Shown one piece after another: positions 28,185 to 38,153 of a stretch of DNA of 64,000 bases (the first letter of the stretch is position 1; each line of letters opens with the position of its first letter). The notes under the pieces are model-generated. The model did not search any database, was not told where the DNA came from, and saw only the letters and a program-made list of their open reading frames with translations. The position numbers and the translations under genes are program-made. Source of the DNA: an uncultured virus (IMG/VR IMGVR_UViG_3300013131_000038) (lineage: Duplodnaviria > Heunggongvirae > Uroviricota > Caudoviricetes); IMG/VR virus record IMGVR_UViG_3300013131_000038, positions 1 to 64,000 of that record. One strand, written 5' to 3'.

Positions 28185-28822
28185 TGTCTCCAAAGATTAA
28201 AATACTATTACTTGGACTTATAGGTTTGGTATTTTCAGCATACGGTTACGTTCTGTCGGAAAGAACCGTCGAAAACTTCCAAAAATCGGAGCAATGTTTC
28301 AAAAATGTAACATACCAACTCAGTCCGATGTTCGACGCACACACATTGCTGATCGTTGACTCTCACGTTAAAACTGCCCACGGACTAATGTCGTTCGAGG
28401 ATTTTTGCAAAAACATGGAAGCGGCAGAAACTACGATCAAAAAAACTTTAAAGAGCTATGAGAAAAATCTCGACTCAGAGACTGAAAAAGAAATGTTTTT
28501 AAGTCTTGAGCAACGTTGCGAAGAGACATTCGATTATGTCAAAAATGTGAAGAAAATTTGCCAAGAAAAGAGCAAAGAAAAGATCGAGGAGCTTATTTCG
28601 AACGGCGAACTTTACAAAAATACGGACCCGACATTAGATCTTATTAATGAGGCACTAGAAAAGGAACTTTTACTATCATCCGATTACAATTCTCGCTCGA
28701 TCAAATCGCTCAAAAACTTCGAGAAGTTTATAACGATGTTTATGGGTTTTTCAATCGTTTTGTCGGCAGCGGCATTCTTCCCTATAAAAGCCGAGAAAAA
28801 GATCAAAAGACGTGTAAAATAA
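28184..28822 (+). CDS. Two-TM membrane protein with a chemoreceptor-like four-helix-bundle sensor domain and no signalling domain
   Basis: TM, then helical domain (IVDSHVK..HG.MS, Y....DSETEKE, LYKNTDP...I..AL), then TM and a short basic tail. Confidence 0.6.
   Translation: MSPKIKILLLGLIGLVFSAYGYVLSERTVENFQKSEQCFKNVTYQLSPMFDAHTLLIVDSHVKTAHGLMSFEDFCKNMEAAETTIKKTLKSYEKNLDSETEKEMFLSLEQRCEETFDYVKNVKKICQEKSKEKIEELISNGELYKNTDPTLDLINEALEKELLLSSDYNSRSIKSLKNFEKFITMFMGFSIVLSAAAFFPIKAEKKIKRRVK
28813..28818 (+). promoter_or_regulatory. TGTAAA motif 9 nt upstream of ATG 28828
   Basis: GTGTAAAATAACTTATATG, nearly identical to 49341-49359. Confidence 0.65.
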
Positions 28823-28827
28823 CTTAT

Positions 28828-30063
28828 ATGGAACTCGATTTTTCTGAACAAATCTTAGCGAAGAAGCGCCCAGGTCCCAAAAGCTCTGCTCAAACACCAG
28901 CCAAACCAGAAGACAGACTGAAGGGTTCGCCAAAGAACCAGCCTGGCTCCGCTGGCACAAAGCCAGATGCTAAAGAAAAAGCCCAGAAAGCCTTAGAGCG
29001 CAAAGACGAAAAGAAAGTCGTAAAGGCAGCTATCACGTTCAGCGATAAGGTAACAAAAGCTCTGAAGAATAAAGTTCAGCAGCATAACGAAAAACACTCT
29101 CGCAAAGTAACGCTTTCACAGCTTAAGAAAGTATATCGTCGCGGTGCAGGAGCCTTCTCTGCGTCAAGCAGGCCCGGTAAAAGCCGTGGACAGTGGGCAA
29201 TGGCTCGCGTCAATACTTTTCTAAGGATGATGGCTGGCGGCAAAGTTAAGGATGCTTACCGTGCCGCTGATCAAGACATCGCAAAAGCCAGCGATAACAA
29301 CGTCAAAACTCTATCGCAAAAGTCACTGACATCAATCGACTTTGATGAATATGAGTTGGTTATCGCTGCTTCCGATTTAGTAAAGTCGAACGTCTCGCTC
29401 GCAGAAATGGACGAGATGTACGAATCAGAAGACGAAGAAGAGTATAACGAAATGTCAGAGGCCGAAAAGAAAACTCTGAACAAGCCGTTTCGCCTTCCTT
29501 CTGGTTCAAAGAAGAAGTTCGGCGTTTACGTTAAGAACGAGAACGGCAACGTCGTTAAGGTAACGTTTGGCGATCCAAACATGGATATCAAGCGCGACGA
29601 TCCAGAACGCCGCAAGAACTTCCGTGCTCGCCATCAGTGTGACACGAACCCCGGTCCAAAGTGGAAAGCCCGTTACTGGTCATGCAGAATGTGGGAAGCT
29701 GGTAAGTCTGTTACTCAAGTAACCAAAGGATCTTACGCAGAGTACATGATGCAGATGGACGAAGTCTACAGTCAAGAAGACTTGATGAAAGAAAATCCAT
29801 CTTTGAAAGATGTTCCAGAAATGGACGAGAATATGGAGGAGATCAAAGAGTACTCAGAAGAGTCTATCGAGATGTCTATTGGCTCACTTTCGTCTGTTAA
29901 GATGAAGGCCGAAGAACTCGTTATGGCGATCCAGTCCAATCAGAAAATTGCTATTGGCGCAACTGAGCCTTGGGTAGCTTCAAAGATCACACTGATCGAC
30001 GACTACATCAACAGCATCTACAATTACCTCATGTTCTCCGAAAAGGGAGAAAAAGAGGATTAA
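28828..30063 (+). CDS. Multi-domain phage protein, basic modules separated by acidic linkers (possible head-internal/scaffold-associated)
   Basis: Modules LKKVYRRGAGAF..S.RP...QWAMARVN.FL and LNKPFR...KKFGVYVKN..GNV.KV.FGDPNM...RKNFRARH.C...ARYWSC..W, which I recognise as recurrent phage domains of unknown function. Confidence 0.55.
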   Translation: MELDFSEQILAKKRPGPKSSAQTPAKPEDRLKGSPKNQPGSAGTKPDAKEKAQKALERKDEKKVVKAAITFSDKVTKALKNKVQQHNEKHSRKVTLSQLKKVYRRGAGAFSASSRPGKSRGQWAMARVNTFLRMMAGGKVKDAYRAADQDIAKASDNNVKTLSQKSLTSIDFDEYELVIAASDLVKSNVSLAEMDEMYESEDEEEYNEMSEAEKKTLNKPFRLPSGSKKKFGVYVKNENGNVVKVTFGDPNMDIKRDDPERRKNFRARHQCDTNPGPKWKARYWSCRMWEAGKSVTQVTKGSYAEYMMQMDEVYSQEDLMKENPSLKDVPEMDENMEEIKEYSEESIEMSIGSLSSVKMKAEELVMAIQSNQKIAIGATEPWVASKITLIDDYINSIYNYLMFSEKGEKED

Positions 30064-30102
30064 TTTTTAGAATATCGCGAGTCATACCCTAAAATCTCGG
30101 GT

Positions 30103-31104
30103 ATGACTTACGATCAAATTGCTCTAGTCCCTCGATATTTTGACGGGTATAGCAGGTCCGACTTGGATGTCGAGACCGAGTTTTTAGGCTATACGTTCAA
30201 GCTTCCGGTAGTTCCGGCGAACATGAGTTCCGTAGTCGGCGTCGATACTTGCCGCTACTTGGCCAACAACGGGTATTTTTACATCATGCATAGGTTCTTG
30301 CATGAAGACGATGGATGGATCAAGTTCGTGCGGACGGCTAATAAAGAAAATTGGCCGATTATTAGCGTTAGCGTCGGAGTTTCAAACGATGAGCTTGCGC
30401 TAATCAAGCGAGTCATTGACGAACAGCTTCGAATCGATTTTGTTACTATCGATATCGCTCATGGTCACTGCGCATTGATGCAGCGAGCAATCGAGTTCAT
30501 CAAGAAGACGATGCCCGATGTTAAGATCATTGCTGGCAACGTTTGCACTTCAGATGGCGCGTTCGATCTTTACAAGTGGGGCGCAGACTGTGTTAAAGTT
30601 GGCATCGCTCAAGGTGGCGCTTGCTCCACTTACGGAAAGACTGGATTCGGACTCGGTATGCCAGAGACGCTAGATACGATCTTTAGCCGAGGTGAGATTT
30701 TTCCGATCATCGCTGATGGTGGAGTCAGAACAAACGGAGATATCGCCAAGGCAATCGCTCTCGCTGGCGAGTCGATGAGATATGCCCATGAAGGCGTTGG
30801 CGCGAAAGATCTAACCTATTATCCTCCAATTTTGGTTATGGCTGGATCTATTTTTGCAGCCTGCACAGATTCTCCAACCTTCGAAAATGAATCGGGCGAA
30901 AAGCTTTATTATGGTTCAGCTTCGAGAACGCAGAAAGGCCACTCGAAGAATGTCGAAGGCTTTGAAGTTTGGATTCCAAATAACGGAATGACGCTCGAAG
31001 AGAAGCTCGAAGAAATCAAACAAGATCTTCAGAGTGCAGTTTCGTATTCTGGCGGGACAAGTCTGGAGTCATTAAAGACAACTCCAAATTCATTTTCTAG
31101 ATAG
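30103..31104 (+). CDS. guaC: GMP reductase
   Basis: PVVPANM, GYFYIMHRF, TIDIAHGH, IIAGNV, KVGIAQGGACST, IIADGG, DLQSAVSYSGG. No CBS domains. Confidence 0.9.
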   Translation: MTYDQIALVPRYFDGYSRSDLDVETEFLGYTFKLPVVPANMSSVVGVDTCRYLANNGYFYIMHRFLHEDDGWIKFVRTANKENWPIISVSVGVSNDELALIKRVIDEQLRIDFVTIDIAHGHCALMQRAIEFIKKTMPDVKIIAGNVCTSDGAFDLYKWGADCVKVGIAQGGACSTYGKTGFGLGMPETLDTIFSRGEIFPIIADGGVRTNGDIAKAIALAGESMRYAHEGVGAKDLTYYPPILVMAGSIFAACTDSPTFENESGEKLYYGSASRTQKGHSKNVEGFEVWIPNNGMTLEEKLEEIKQDLQSAVSYSGGTSLESLKTTPNSFSR

Positions 31105-31676
31105 TGAATATAATTCAAATAGGCTGCAATAATTGTGACGATCACGTCTTTGAGTTCGTCTCTCAAAACAAAGATAAAATTACCAACTTTTTGGTGATTG
31201 ACGCTATGCCCAAGTGCGTAGAAATAGCAAAAGATAAATATTTTTTTTTGGGCGAAAAGCTAATTGCAATTAATTGCGCCGTTGGTATCGAAAACAGAAT
31301 CTTACAATTCTTTTATCCAGAAAATGACGAAACATCGCCCCACGCTTCGATACTTAGTTTCCATGTAAAAAATCACAGACACCCAAATCTAAAGTCTTTT
31401 TACGTTCCGTGTTTAAACATAAACAACATCGTCGATATTTTTGACAATGGAGTCGATAGACTTTACGTCGATATGGAAGGTCTTGATGTAGTCACTCTGC
31501 TTTCTTTAGATTACAATAACTGTAAACCCAAGTACATAGAATACGAGTTCTATCATTCAGACGGGTCTTTTTCTAGCGGTAAAAATCATGCACAGCTAGT
31601 CGATCTTTTAAGGAATCACGGATACAGCATAAGGAAATCTAGCGAATATAATGCGGTAGCAGAATATAATTCATGA
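31104..31676 (+). CDS. FkbM-family methyltransferase
   Basis: IQIGCN, INCAVG, LYVDMEGLD, PKYIEYE. Confidence 0.8.
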   Translation: MNIIQIGCNNCDDHVFEFVSQNKDKITNFLVIDAMPKCVEIAKDKYFFLGEKLIAINCAVGIENRILQFFYPENDETSPHASILSFHVKNHRHPNLKSFYVPCLNINNIVDIFDNGVDRLYVDMEGLDVVTLLSLDYNNCKPKYIEYEFYHSDGSFSSGKNHAQLVDLLRNHGYSIRKSSEYNAVAEYNS

Positions 31677-32374
31677 AATTTGGATCTAAAACTGGAGGAC
31701 TCGGAGATATCCTTCTGCTTACATCTGTTTGTAAATATTTCCCAAACAGGTTCACAATTCAACTGCCCAAAGAAAAGGAGCGGTTCAAGATCCTATTTAC
31801 CGGACTAGCTCAAGTAGAAATCTGTGACCAAAACGAAATTCAGCCACTTCTAGATATTGGAACTGGACATTACGCAACAAGAAAGCTTCGAAACTTTTTT
31901 GGCGAAGCTGCGGACGGAATGAACAATCGACCTCTCGTTCTTCACTCGAATCCAGAAGATGAAAAGTGGGCTTACGAGTTTTTAAAAAAGATTGGCCCAG
32001 CAGCGGTATTTGTCCCGACCTGTTCAAAAGAGTGGGCTGCGGTGCGGAATCTTCCAAAGAAGGCTATCGATTTTTCCATCGATCAAATCAAATCCACTGG
32101 ATCTACGCCAATCGTTTGTCAATCATCGAGCAATAGAATCGAGACATCTGAAATCGAACTAGTCGATTTAGACTTGTCTAAATACATTTCTCTGCTGCGC
32201 CAAACTGGTGGATACTGTGGAGCGAATACTGGCGATGAACATTTAGCCGCCGCAGTTGGCTGCATGACATACGTTTTTCAACCTAGGGACGGCAAAGGCT
32301 TCTTCGCGTCTGAGTGGAACTACGACCACCCCTGTTCAGCTTACTATATTTGGGATGATAACATTACCAGTTGA
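31673..32374 (+). CDS. Glycosyltransferase family 9-like
   Basis: GGLGDILLLT and YCGANTGDEHLAAAVG. Confidence 0.75.
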   Translation: MKFGSKTGGLGDILLLTSVCKYFPNRFTIQLPKEKERFKILFTGLAQVEICDQNEIQPLLDIGTGHYATRKLRNFFGEAADGMNNRPLVLHSNPEDEKWAYEFLKKIGPAAVFVPTCSKEWAAVRNLPKKAIDFSIDQIKSTGSTPIVCQSSSNRIETSEIELVDLDLSKYISLLRQTGGYCGANTGDEHLAAAVGCMTYVFQPRDGKGFFASEWNYDHPCSAYYIWDDNITS

Positions 32375-32699
32375 TGAGGGCTACGCCTACGATTACTTGG
32401 CTATATTGCAAATAAAGGTAAACAAGAATGTTGCAAATAGCGGCAATGCTTTTACGCAATGTTACGATCACATCGTGAATGAAGTGGGGACCGATCTGCA
32501 TTCTCGAATCTGCCGTTCATCAGAGTTCTTTGCTTTAATACAAGCAAACGAAAAGACTTTCGATTGCGTTGAACGCGCTAGATACGGCGAGATTTCAGCT
32601 AAGGAGGTCGATGAAGCAAATATGGGAAGATATCGGTGCAAAGTTAATCTACAAAAGAAATTCTTTCCATTATCTAACGTCACAGAGCAAAAAAGTTGA
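32355..32699 (+). CDS. Conserved hypothetical protein of glyco-clusters
   Basis: I.LPVD.G..DYL.ILQIK...N..R...K..L......EQK pattern. Confidence 0.55.
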   Translation: MITLPVDEGYAYDYLAILQIKVNKNVANSGNAFTQCYDHIVNEVGTDLHSRICRSSEFFALIQANEKTFDCVERARYGEISAKEVDEANMGRYRCKVNLQKKFFPLSNVTEQKS

Positions 32700-32729
32700 A
32701 TTAGTTTCTTAAATAAAATCTTCAAAAAA

Positions 32730-33764
32730 ATGAAAAACGTAATTATTACTGGCGTCACGGGTCAGGATGGCAGTTTAATGGTAGACTTTCTTCTCAAGAA
32801 CACGACGTACAATATTTATGGTGCGGTTCGTAGACTCAGCGTTTCGAATCACACGAACATCAGCCATGTAACGAACGAACGTTTCAAGCTGATCGATCTC
32901 GATATCACAGATCCGCAAAGCGTCGAGATTGCAATCGAGAAATACAAACCAGACTATTTCGTCAATTTCGCCGCCAATTCTTTTGTTGGTTCTAGTTGGC
33001 AAATGCCAGCTAACCATATGCACACGAATTGTCTCGCGGTAATGTATCAACTCGAAGCAATTCGAAAGTTCGCGCCCGCTTGCCGCTACTACAACGCTGG
33101 TTCTTCCGAAGAGTTTGGTGATGTTCTTTCTGTTCCTCAGAATGAAACGCATCCACTTCGTCCACGCAGTCCATATGGCGCATCTAAAGCTGCTGCTCGC
33201 CATATCGTAAAAGTTTGGCGCGAGTCATATAATGTTTTCGCAGTTCAAGGCTGGCTATTTAACCACGAAGGAGTTCGCAGGGGCAAGGAGTTTGTTACTC
33301 GAAAAATCACTACTAATGTTGCTCGTCTCCGCAAAGAGCTTCGCGATGGGCAAAAGGTAAATCCGCTCAGTCTTGGAAACTTGAGCGCAAAGCGCGACTG
33401 GAGCGACGCAGAAGACTTTGTAGAGGGTGTTTGGCTTATGCTTAATAACTCGACACCCAAGGAGTACGTTCTTTCCTCAAATGAAACCCACACGGTTCGT
33501 GAGTTTGTAACGTTATCTTTCAAGGCTGCTAATATTGAAGGATACTGGGAAGGTGAGGCTGGATCGCTCGAAGAAAAGTTCATTCACCTTGGAACAAAGC
33601 AGGCACTCGTAGTTGTTGATCCAAAGTTCTTCCGCCCAGCAGAAGTCGAGATCTTGCTCGGTGATTCTACATTTGCCCGCAGAGATCTGAATTGGGTTCC
33701 GCGCATCTCATTCCAGCAGCTTGTCACGAAGATGACAGAGAGCGACTTGAAGAATAATCCATGA
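32730..33764 (+). CDS. gmd: GDP-mannose 4,6-dehydratase
   Basis: ITGVTGQDGS, SSEEFG, PRSPYGASK, FNHE..RRG.EFVTRKIT, LGNL.AKRDW, RPAEV..LLGD. Confidence 0.97.
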   Translation: MKNVIITGVTGQDGSLMVDFLLKNTTYNIYGAVRRLSVSNHTNISHVTNERFKLIDLDITDPQSVEIAIEKYKPDYFVNFAANSFVGSSWQMPANHMHTNCLAVMYQLEAIRKFAPACRYYNAGSSEEFGDVLSVPQNETHPLRPRSPYGASKAAARHIVKVWRESYNVFAVQGWLFNHEGVRRGKEFVTRKITTNVARLRKELRDGQKVNPLSLGNLSAKRDWSDAEDFVEGVWLMLNNSTPKEYVLSSNETHTVREFVTLSFKAANIEGYWEGEAGSLEEKFIHLGTKQALVVVDPKFFRPAEVEILLGDSTFARRDLNWVPRISFQQLVTKMTESDLKNNP

Positions 33765-34690
33765 ACAAGTTTCTTAAGTATTGCTTGTTCAATGAGTTAG
33801 ATACTCGAAGAATCGATCCACCGAGAGATCCATTCTCGGTAAAGCTTTACAAGAACGAAGCGCACTTTTCTCTGCGTGACTCGCAGCTAAAGGTCGAGCG
33901 TCGGCACGAAAACGTTGATCCGATGCGATTTAACTTCTTTGTAGACTTCACGCAGCAGACGATCAAACATCTTAACCTTCAAAATCTTAACTTTGGCTTT
34001 ATAGTTAATTTTAATGACGGACCAGAGAACGAGGCCACAGAGACCCGCTTTTGCTTTGCCAGACCTAGAAACAGCCCCCATATCTGCGTTCCTGACTCTC
34101 ATATAAGCCGATTATCGTCGATTTGTGAGGCTATCCCATCTTGGGATATACCCTTTGACGAAAAGCTCGATAAAATGCTCTTTATAGGGTCAGATACGGG
34201 TCGAAAGTACCCAGACGGTACTGTTCAGCGGGTAAACTTCTGTAAACGCTACCAAAACAGCGAAGAGATCGTTGCTAAGATCAATAACTTCGTTGAACAG
34301 CCATTCGACGCCTGCATCTATGGCGAAACCGAGTCGATTCGCGATCAACTCAAGTACAAATACTTGTTAAACATTAACGGCAACACAACGTCTTGGGAGC
34401 GGCTAATCTGGATCATGAAGTCAAATTCGTTCTGCGTCTTTTTAAAGCCGCCTGCCCACCAAAATGAGATTTCTTGGTACTACCACTGTTTCGAGCTTCT
34501 TCAGCCATTCATTTATATCGATGAGCTTGGCGCGGATAACTTTATGGCAGTCGCAAAAGACTTGGAGCCGCAAATCTCTCTGCTGAAAGACTTTCAGAGA
34601 AGCTACGCAGAAATGCTCGGAAAGATCGACTTTCACGCTCATTACTACGCTCAAGTGTTAGTGAACTACAACGCCCTACTTAAAACATGA
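33761..34690 (+). CDS. Glycosyltransferase family 90/CAP10-like
   Basis: IPFDEKLDK..FIGSDTG..R, DQLKYKYLLNINGN..SW.RL.W.M.SNS, WYY..L.P. Confidence 0.75.
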   Translation: MNKFLKYCLFNELDTRRIDPPRDPFSVKLYKNEAHFSLRDSQLKVERRHENVDPMRFNFFVDFTQQTIKHLNLQNLNFGFIVNFNDGPENEATETRFCFARPRNSPHICVPDSHISRLSSICEAIPSWDIPFDEKLDKMLFIGSDTGRKYPDGTVQRVNFCKRYQNSEEIVAKINNFVEQPFDACIYGETESIRDQLKYKYLLNINGNTTSWERLIWIMKSNSFCVFLKPPAHQNEISWYYHCFELLQPFIYIDELGADNFMAVAKDLEPQISLLKDFQRSYAEMLGKIDFHAHYYAQVLVNYNALLKT

Positions 34691-34914
34691 ACTCATTCAT
34701 CGTAATTATACTCGTATCTTTCGGAGCACTGATGTTTCTCCTCGGCTACTTCTTTCCGTTTCGTATGCGAAAGTTTAAGCCAGAAAAGAAAACTACCAAC
34801 TCGGATGCGGTTTACTACGTTGTAAATATTAACTCTACAGATTACGCTTTTACGTTCGAACAGCTTGACGTTGCCGAAAAACGTGCTAAGAAGCTCGACA
34901 TAGACGTATTCTAA
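34687..34914 (+). CDS. Small single-TM membrane protein
   Basis: Hydrophobic N-terminus, coupled on both sides. Confidence 0.6.
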   Translation: MNSFIVIILVSFGALMFLLGYFFPFRMRKFKPEKKTTNSDAVYYVVNINSTDYAFTFEQLDVAEKRAKKLDIDVF

Positions 34915-35540
34915 TGAGCAATCAAAACACAGTTGAACTTATCGGTTTCTATGGCGATGACCTAACGCACGCTTGCTCTGCTTGGACATCAACGAGCAGA
35001 GAAGTTACTCCAGAGAAGAAGAGCCGCATTGGTTCGCTTCTTAAAATGCTCGCGGAGAATGGACACCACACTCCATTCGAAAAGTCTTCACTTCACTTCC
35101 TAATTAAGACGGATATCGCTAGTCATGTGCATTTAATCAAGCACCGGGTTGGCGTATCGGTGAACGGCGAGTCTGCTCGCTACAAAGAGATCAAGGAAGA
35201 CAACTTTTTGCTGCCCGAAGATTGGCCCGTAGAGTGGCGCGACATCATGAAAGCGTACACTGAGCGTGGCCTCGATCTTTATCACAAGTGCGTCGAAGAT
35301 CTTGTTAAGAATCACGGTTTTGATCGTAAGCGGGCCAAAGAGTCGGCTCGATTCTTCCGACCGTACAATACACAGATCACGTCCGACGTTATGTTCAACT
35401 GGCGTTCATTTTATCACTTTTTAAACCTGAGAAACAAGCCTGACGCTCAAAAAGAGATCCGAGACATCGCAAGTCAGATGCTAGAGCTAGTAAAACAAAC
35501 AAATAAGTTTCCACTTACAATCGAGGCATTTGGAGTGTAA
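34914..35540 (+). CDS. thyX: Flavin-dependent thymidylate synthase
   Basis: HHTPFE, HLIKHR...NGESARY, KESAR, NWRSF.HFL.LR...AQ.EIR. Confidence 0.95.
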   Translation: MSNQNTVELIGFYGDDLTHACSAWTSTSREVTPEKKSRIGSLLKMLAENGHHTPFEKSSLHFLIKTDIASHVHLIKHRVGVSVNGESARYKEIKEDNFLLPEDWPVEWRDIMKAYTERGLDLYHKCVEDLVKNHGFDRKRAKESARFFRPYNTQITSDVMFNWRSFYHFLNLRNKPDAQKEIRDIASQMLELVKQTNKFPLTIEAFGV

Positions 35541-35552
35541 ATATGAGTAACG

Positions 35553-35984
35553 ATGCCTACGGAACTTCTCAGCTTATTCGGTGGAGCCGCTACGGGCTTC
35601 ATTTTCCGTATCATCGCAGTTAAGGCTCAAGAAAGCCGCGCTCGCTTCGACCGAATGATGCGAGCTATCGACAAGAGCGACGAGTCGGCAGACAGAGCCG
35701 CGAAAAGAGACTTAGACGGTGGGAAAATCGTAAGGCAGTTTATTGTAATTGCCGTAATATTTTCTATCGTCATTTCTCCGTTTGTGATGGCTTTGTTGGA
35801 CATCCCAACCTATCTGGAAGTCGATTACCAAGAAGGCGGCGGTCTTTTTGGTCTTCTCGGGTCTAAAACGAACAAAGCTTTCGTTGAGATCGCTGGCAAT
35901 TTGATCACTTCCGAGATCAGACAGTGCTTGATCGCCATTACTGGCTTTTACTTCGGATCTGCATCCGCTTCGAACAAGTCATAA
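35553..35984 (+). CDS. Holin-like membrane protein
   Basis: Hydrophobic segments and C-terminal AITGFYFGS. Preceded by TGTAAA (35536-35541). Confidence 0.5.
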   Translation: MPTELLSLFGGAATGFIFRIIAVKAQESRARFDRMMRAIDKSDESADRAAKRDLDGGKIVRQFIVIAVIFSIVISPFVMALLDIPTYLEVDYQEGGGLFGLLGSKTNKAFVEIAGNLITSEIRQCLIAITGFYFGSASASNKS

Positions 35985-36026
35985 AAGACTTGACATTCTC
36001 AACGGTTCCTGTTCTGATCTATTCGC

Positions 36027-36356
36027 ATGAAAGCGAAGATCAATAGGAAATCTATCTTAGAGAATCTCTTAAAAGCCCCAGAAGGGGCCGACGCTAATTT
36101 CTGGAAGCGCGAGATGACTTTTCTCAAGCGTCTTGAGAAGAAGTATGGCCTCGCATTTTTGAAGCAATTCGTTCCAAATAAGAAGGTTCCGACGTTGGCA
36201 TTCTTTTACGCCGATTGGCAGCAGAAGTTGCTTGAAACCGAGTCGAAGGAGTTTTACTATAAAAACCTTCACAAAGCTGACTTGTCTAAGGTGGACAAAG
36301 TTGGAGAGGATGCTGAAGTTAAACCCAAGAAAACTATTAAAGGATTTTTATCATGA
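36027..36356 (+). CDS. Hypothetical protein (first gene of replication block)
   Basis: 109-aa basic ORF after TTGACA at 35990, coupled to the recA-like gene. Confidence 0.6.
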   Translation: MKAKINRKSILENLLKAPEGADANFWKREMTFLKRLEKKYGLAFLKQFVPNKKVPTLAFFYADWQQKLLETESKEFYYKNLHKADLSKVDKVGEDAEVKPKKTIKGFLS

Positions 36357-37501
36357 GCCGCAAAGCAAAAGAAGAAGAAAAAGACGACACAATCTCATCA
36401 AAGAGCATTTTAGGTTCTTTCTTAAAGAACAACAAAGAGGACCATTACAATTTCGAGAACGTAGTAAACTATCGCGTATCGACTGGTTCGCTTAATCTAG
36501 ATATGCAGACAGACGGAGGTCTTGGGCCGGGTCTGCACCGATTCGTTGGATTTACAGAAGGAGGCAAAACTTCTGCCGCTCTTCAAGTTATGCTTAACTT
36601 TTTGAAGACGGTCCCAAAAGGCAAAGGTTTTTACGTCAAAGCAGAAGGACGCCTTTCCGATGAGATGATGAAGCGTTCGGGCATAAAGTTTGTATTTGAT
36701 GCCGACGAGTGGGAAGATGGAACGTGCTTCGTATTCGAATCGAACATCTACGAAACTGTTGTAGACGCAATGCGCCAACTTGTTCAGTTTAACGAAGAGG
36801 AGAACAAGTATATGTTTATCCTAGATTCTGTTGACGGTCTAATCACGAAGGGCGATTTGGCTAAGACTTTCGAAGACTCTACAAAGGTAGCTGGCGGCGC
36901 AGTTATCGCGGCCAACTTCATGAAGCGTATGTCCATCGGGCTGTCGAAGCGCGGCCACATGGCAATCTTTATTTCTCAGGTCCGTAGCGACATTAAGCTC
37001 GATCCGTACTCAGCGGCTCCGATTCGCCAAACTTCAGCAACTGGCGGCAACGCTCTGCTTCACTTCTCGAACTTCATCTTTGAATTCGAACCACGATTCG
37101 AGGGCGACGTAATACTTAAAGACCCCTCGATCAAGAAAGCCGATCCAGTTAAGAATCCGATCATCGGTCATATGTGCAAGATTTACATCAAGAAGAGTCC
37201 AAACGAAAAGAGCAAGACTCGTTTCTCGTACCCAATTAAGTATGGCAGAAGTGATGGTCGATCCATTTGGGTCGAGAAGGAAATCGTAGAGATGCTGCTC
37301 CTTTGGGAACTCGTCACAAAGGCTGGAGCTTGGTACAACATTACCGACGACTTAGCCGCGCTCTTGAAGGAAAACGGTCTTTCCATGCCCGAAAAGTTTC
37401 AGGGAGAGAATGCCCTGTTCTCACATATCGAGTCTGATCAAAAACTTGTAAGCTTCTTGCACAAATACTTCGTTGAAGAGATCGCGAGCAAACGGGAATG
37501 A
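36353..37501 (+). CDS. recA: RecA/UvsX-like recombinase
   Basis: STGSLNLD..GG, G..GGKTS, ILDSV, FISQVR, TGGNALLHFS, KAGAWY. Confidence 0.9.
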   Translation: MSRKAKEEEKDDTISSKSILGSFLKNNKEDHYNFENVVNYRVSTGSLNLDMQTDGGLGPGLHRFVGFTEGGKTSAALQVMLNFLKTVPKGKGFYVKAEGRLSDEMMKRSGIKFVFDADEWEDGTCFVFESNIYETVVDAMRQLVQFNEEENKYMFILDSVDGLITKGDLAKTFEDSTKVAGGAVIAANFMKRMSIGLSKRGHMAIFISQVRSDIKLDPYSAAPIRQTSATGGNALLHFSNFIFEFEPRFEGDVILKDPSIKKADPVKNPIIGHMCKIYIKKSPNEKSKTRFSYPIKYGRSDGRSIWVEKEIVEMLLLWELVTKAGAWYNITDDLAALLKENGLSMPEKFQGENALFSHIESDQKLVSFLHKYFVEEIASKRE

Positions 37502-37908
37502 AATTTAAAACCATCAATGGCAAAGAGCGTTTCTTAAAAAACGCAAAGAATTATGCTGTGAAATGGGACAAAGGCTGCAGAAGCAAAATCCAGTTTCGCG
37601 TAAAGCAGTTTCTTTATCCTTATTGGAAGCACGACATTGTGTTCGAAGAGTTGCGCATCGTAGGCACGCGCCTATCTTTGGACCTTTACAACGCCAACAA
37701 GAAGGTCGCCATTGAGGTTCAGGGCAAGCAGCACCAGACTTATAATGAATTTTTTCACGGGAATGATCGCCAAAAATGGCTATCGCAACTCAGAAGAGAC
37801 GATCTTAAGTTGAATTTCTGCTTGACAAACGGTATTAAGCTCATAGAGATCTACGAAGACGACGAACTGTCGCTAGACTTGTTCGCCAAATATGGACTCA
37901 TCTTATGA
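37498..37908 (+). CDS. PD-(D/E)xK endonuclease (Vsr/DUF559-like)
   Basis: LDLY....AIEVQGKQH...RDDLK..C..NGIKLIEI. Confidence 0.8.
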   Translation: MKFKTINGKERFLKNAKNYAVKWDKGCRSKIQFRVKQFLYPYWKHDIVFEELRIVGTRLSLDLYNANKKVAIEVQGKQHQTYNEFFHGNDRQKWLSQLRRDDLKLNFCLTNGIKLIEIYEDDELSLDLFAKYGLIL

Positions 37909-38153
37909 ACGAACCAACTGAAGAAAAACCAAAGGACTTTGTTTTCCCAACAGAACTCATCGAGCAAATCTATGAGCTTTCTGGCGGGGCAGAAACTTAC
38001 AAAGGTGTAGTAGTTTGCGTGTGCTCTTCGAAAGGAACGCCGCAAATCTATACGCGATTCGAATCGGTTCTCACTTCTCTTGGCATGAAAAAAGCCTTGG
38101 AGCAGTGGCTGGTCAACGAAGATAACAAGCTCACAGAACAAGAATCCGAATAA
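37905..38153 (+). CDS. Hypothetical protein
   Basis: 82-aa ORF coupled on both sides. Confidence 0.65.
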   Translation: MNEPTEEKPKDFVFPTELIEQIYELSGGAETYKGVVVCVCSSKGTPQIYTRFESVLTSLGMKKALEQWLVNEDNKLTEQESE

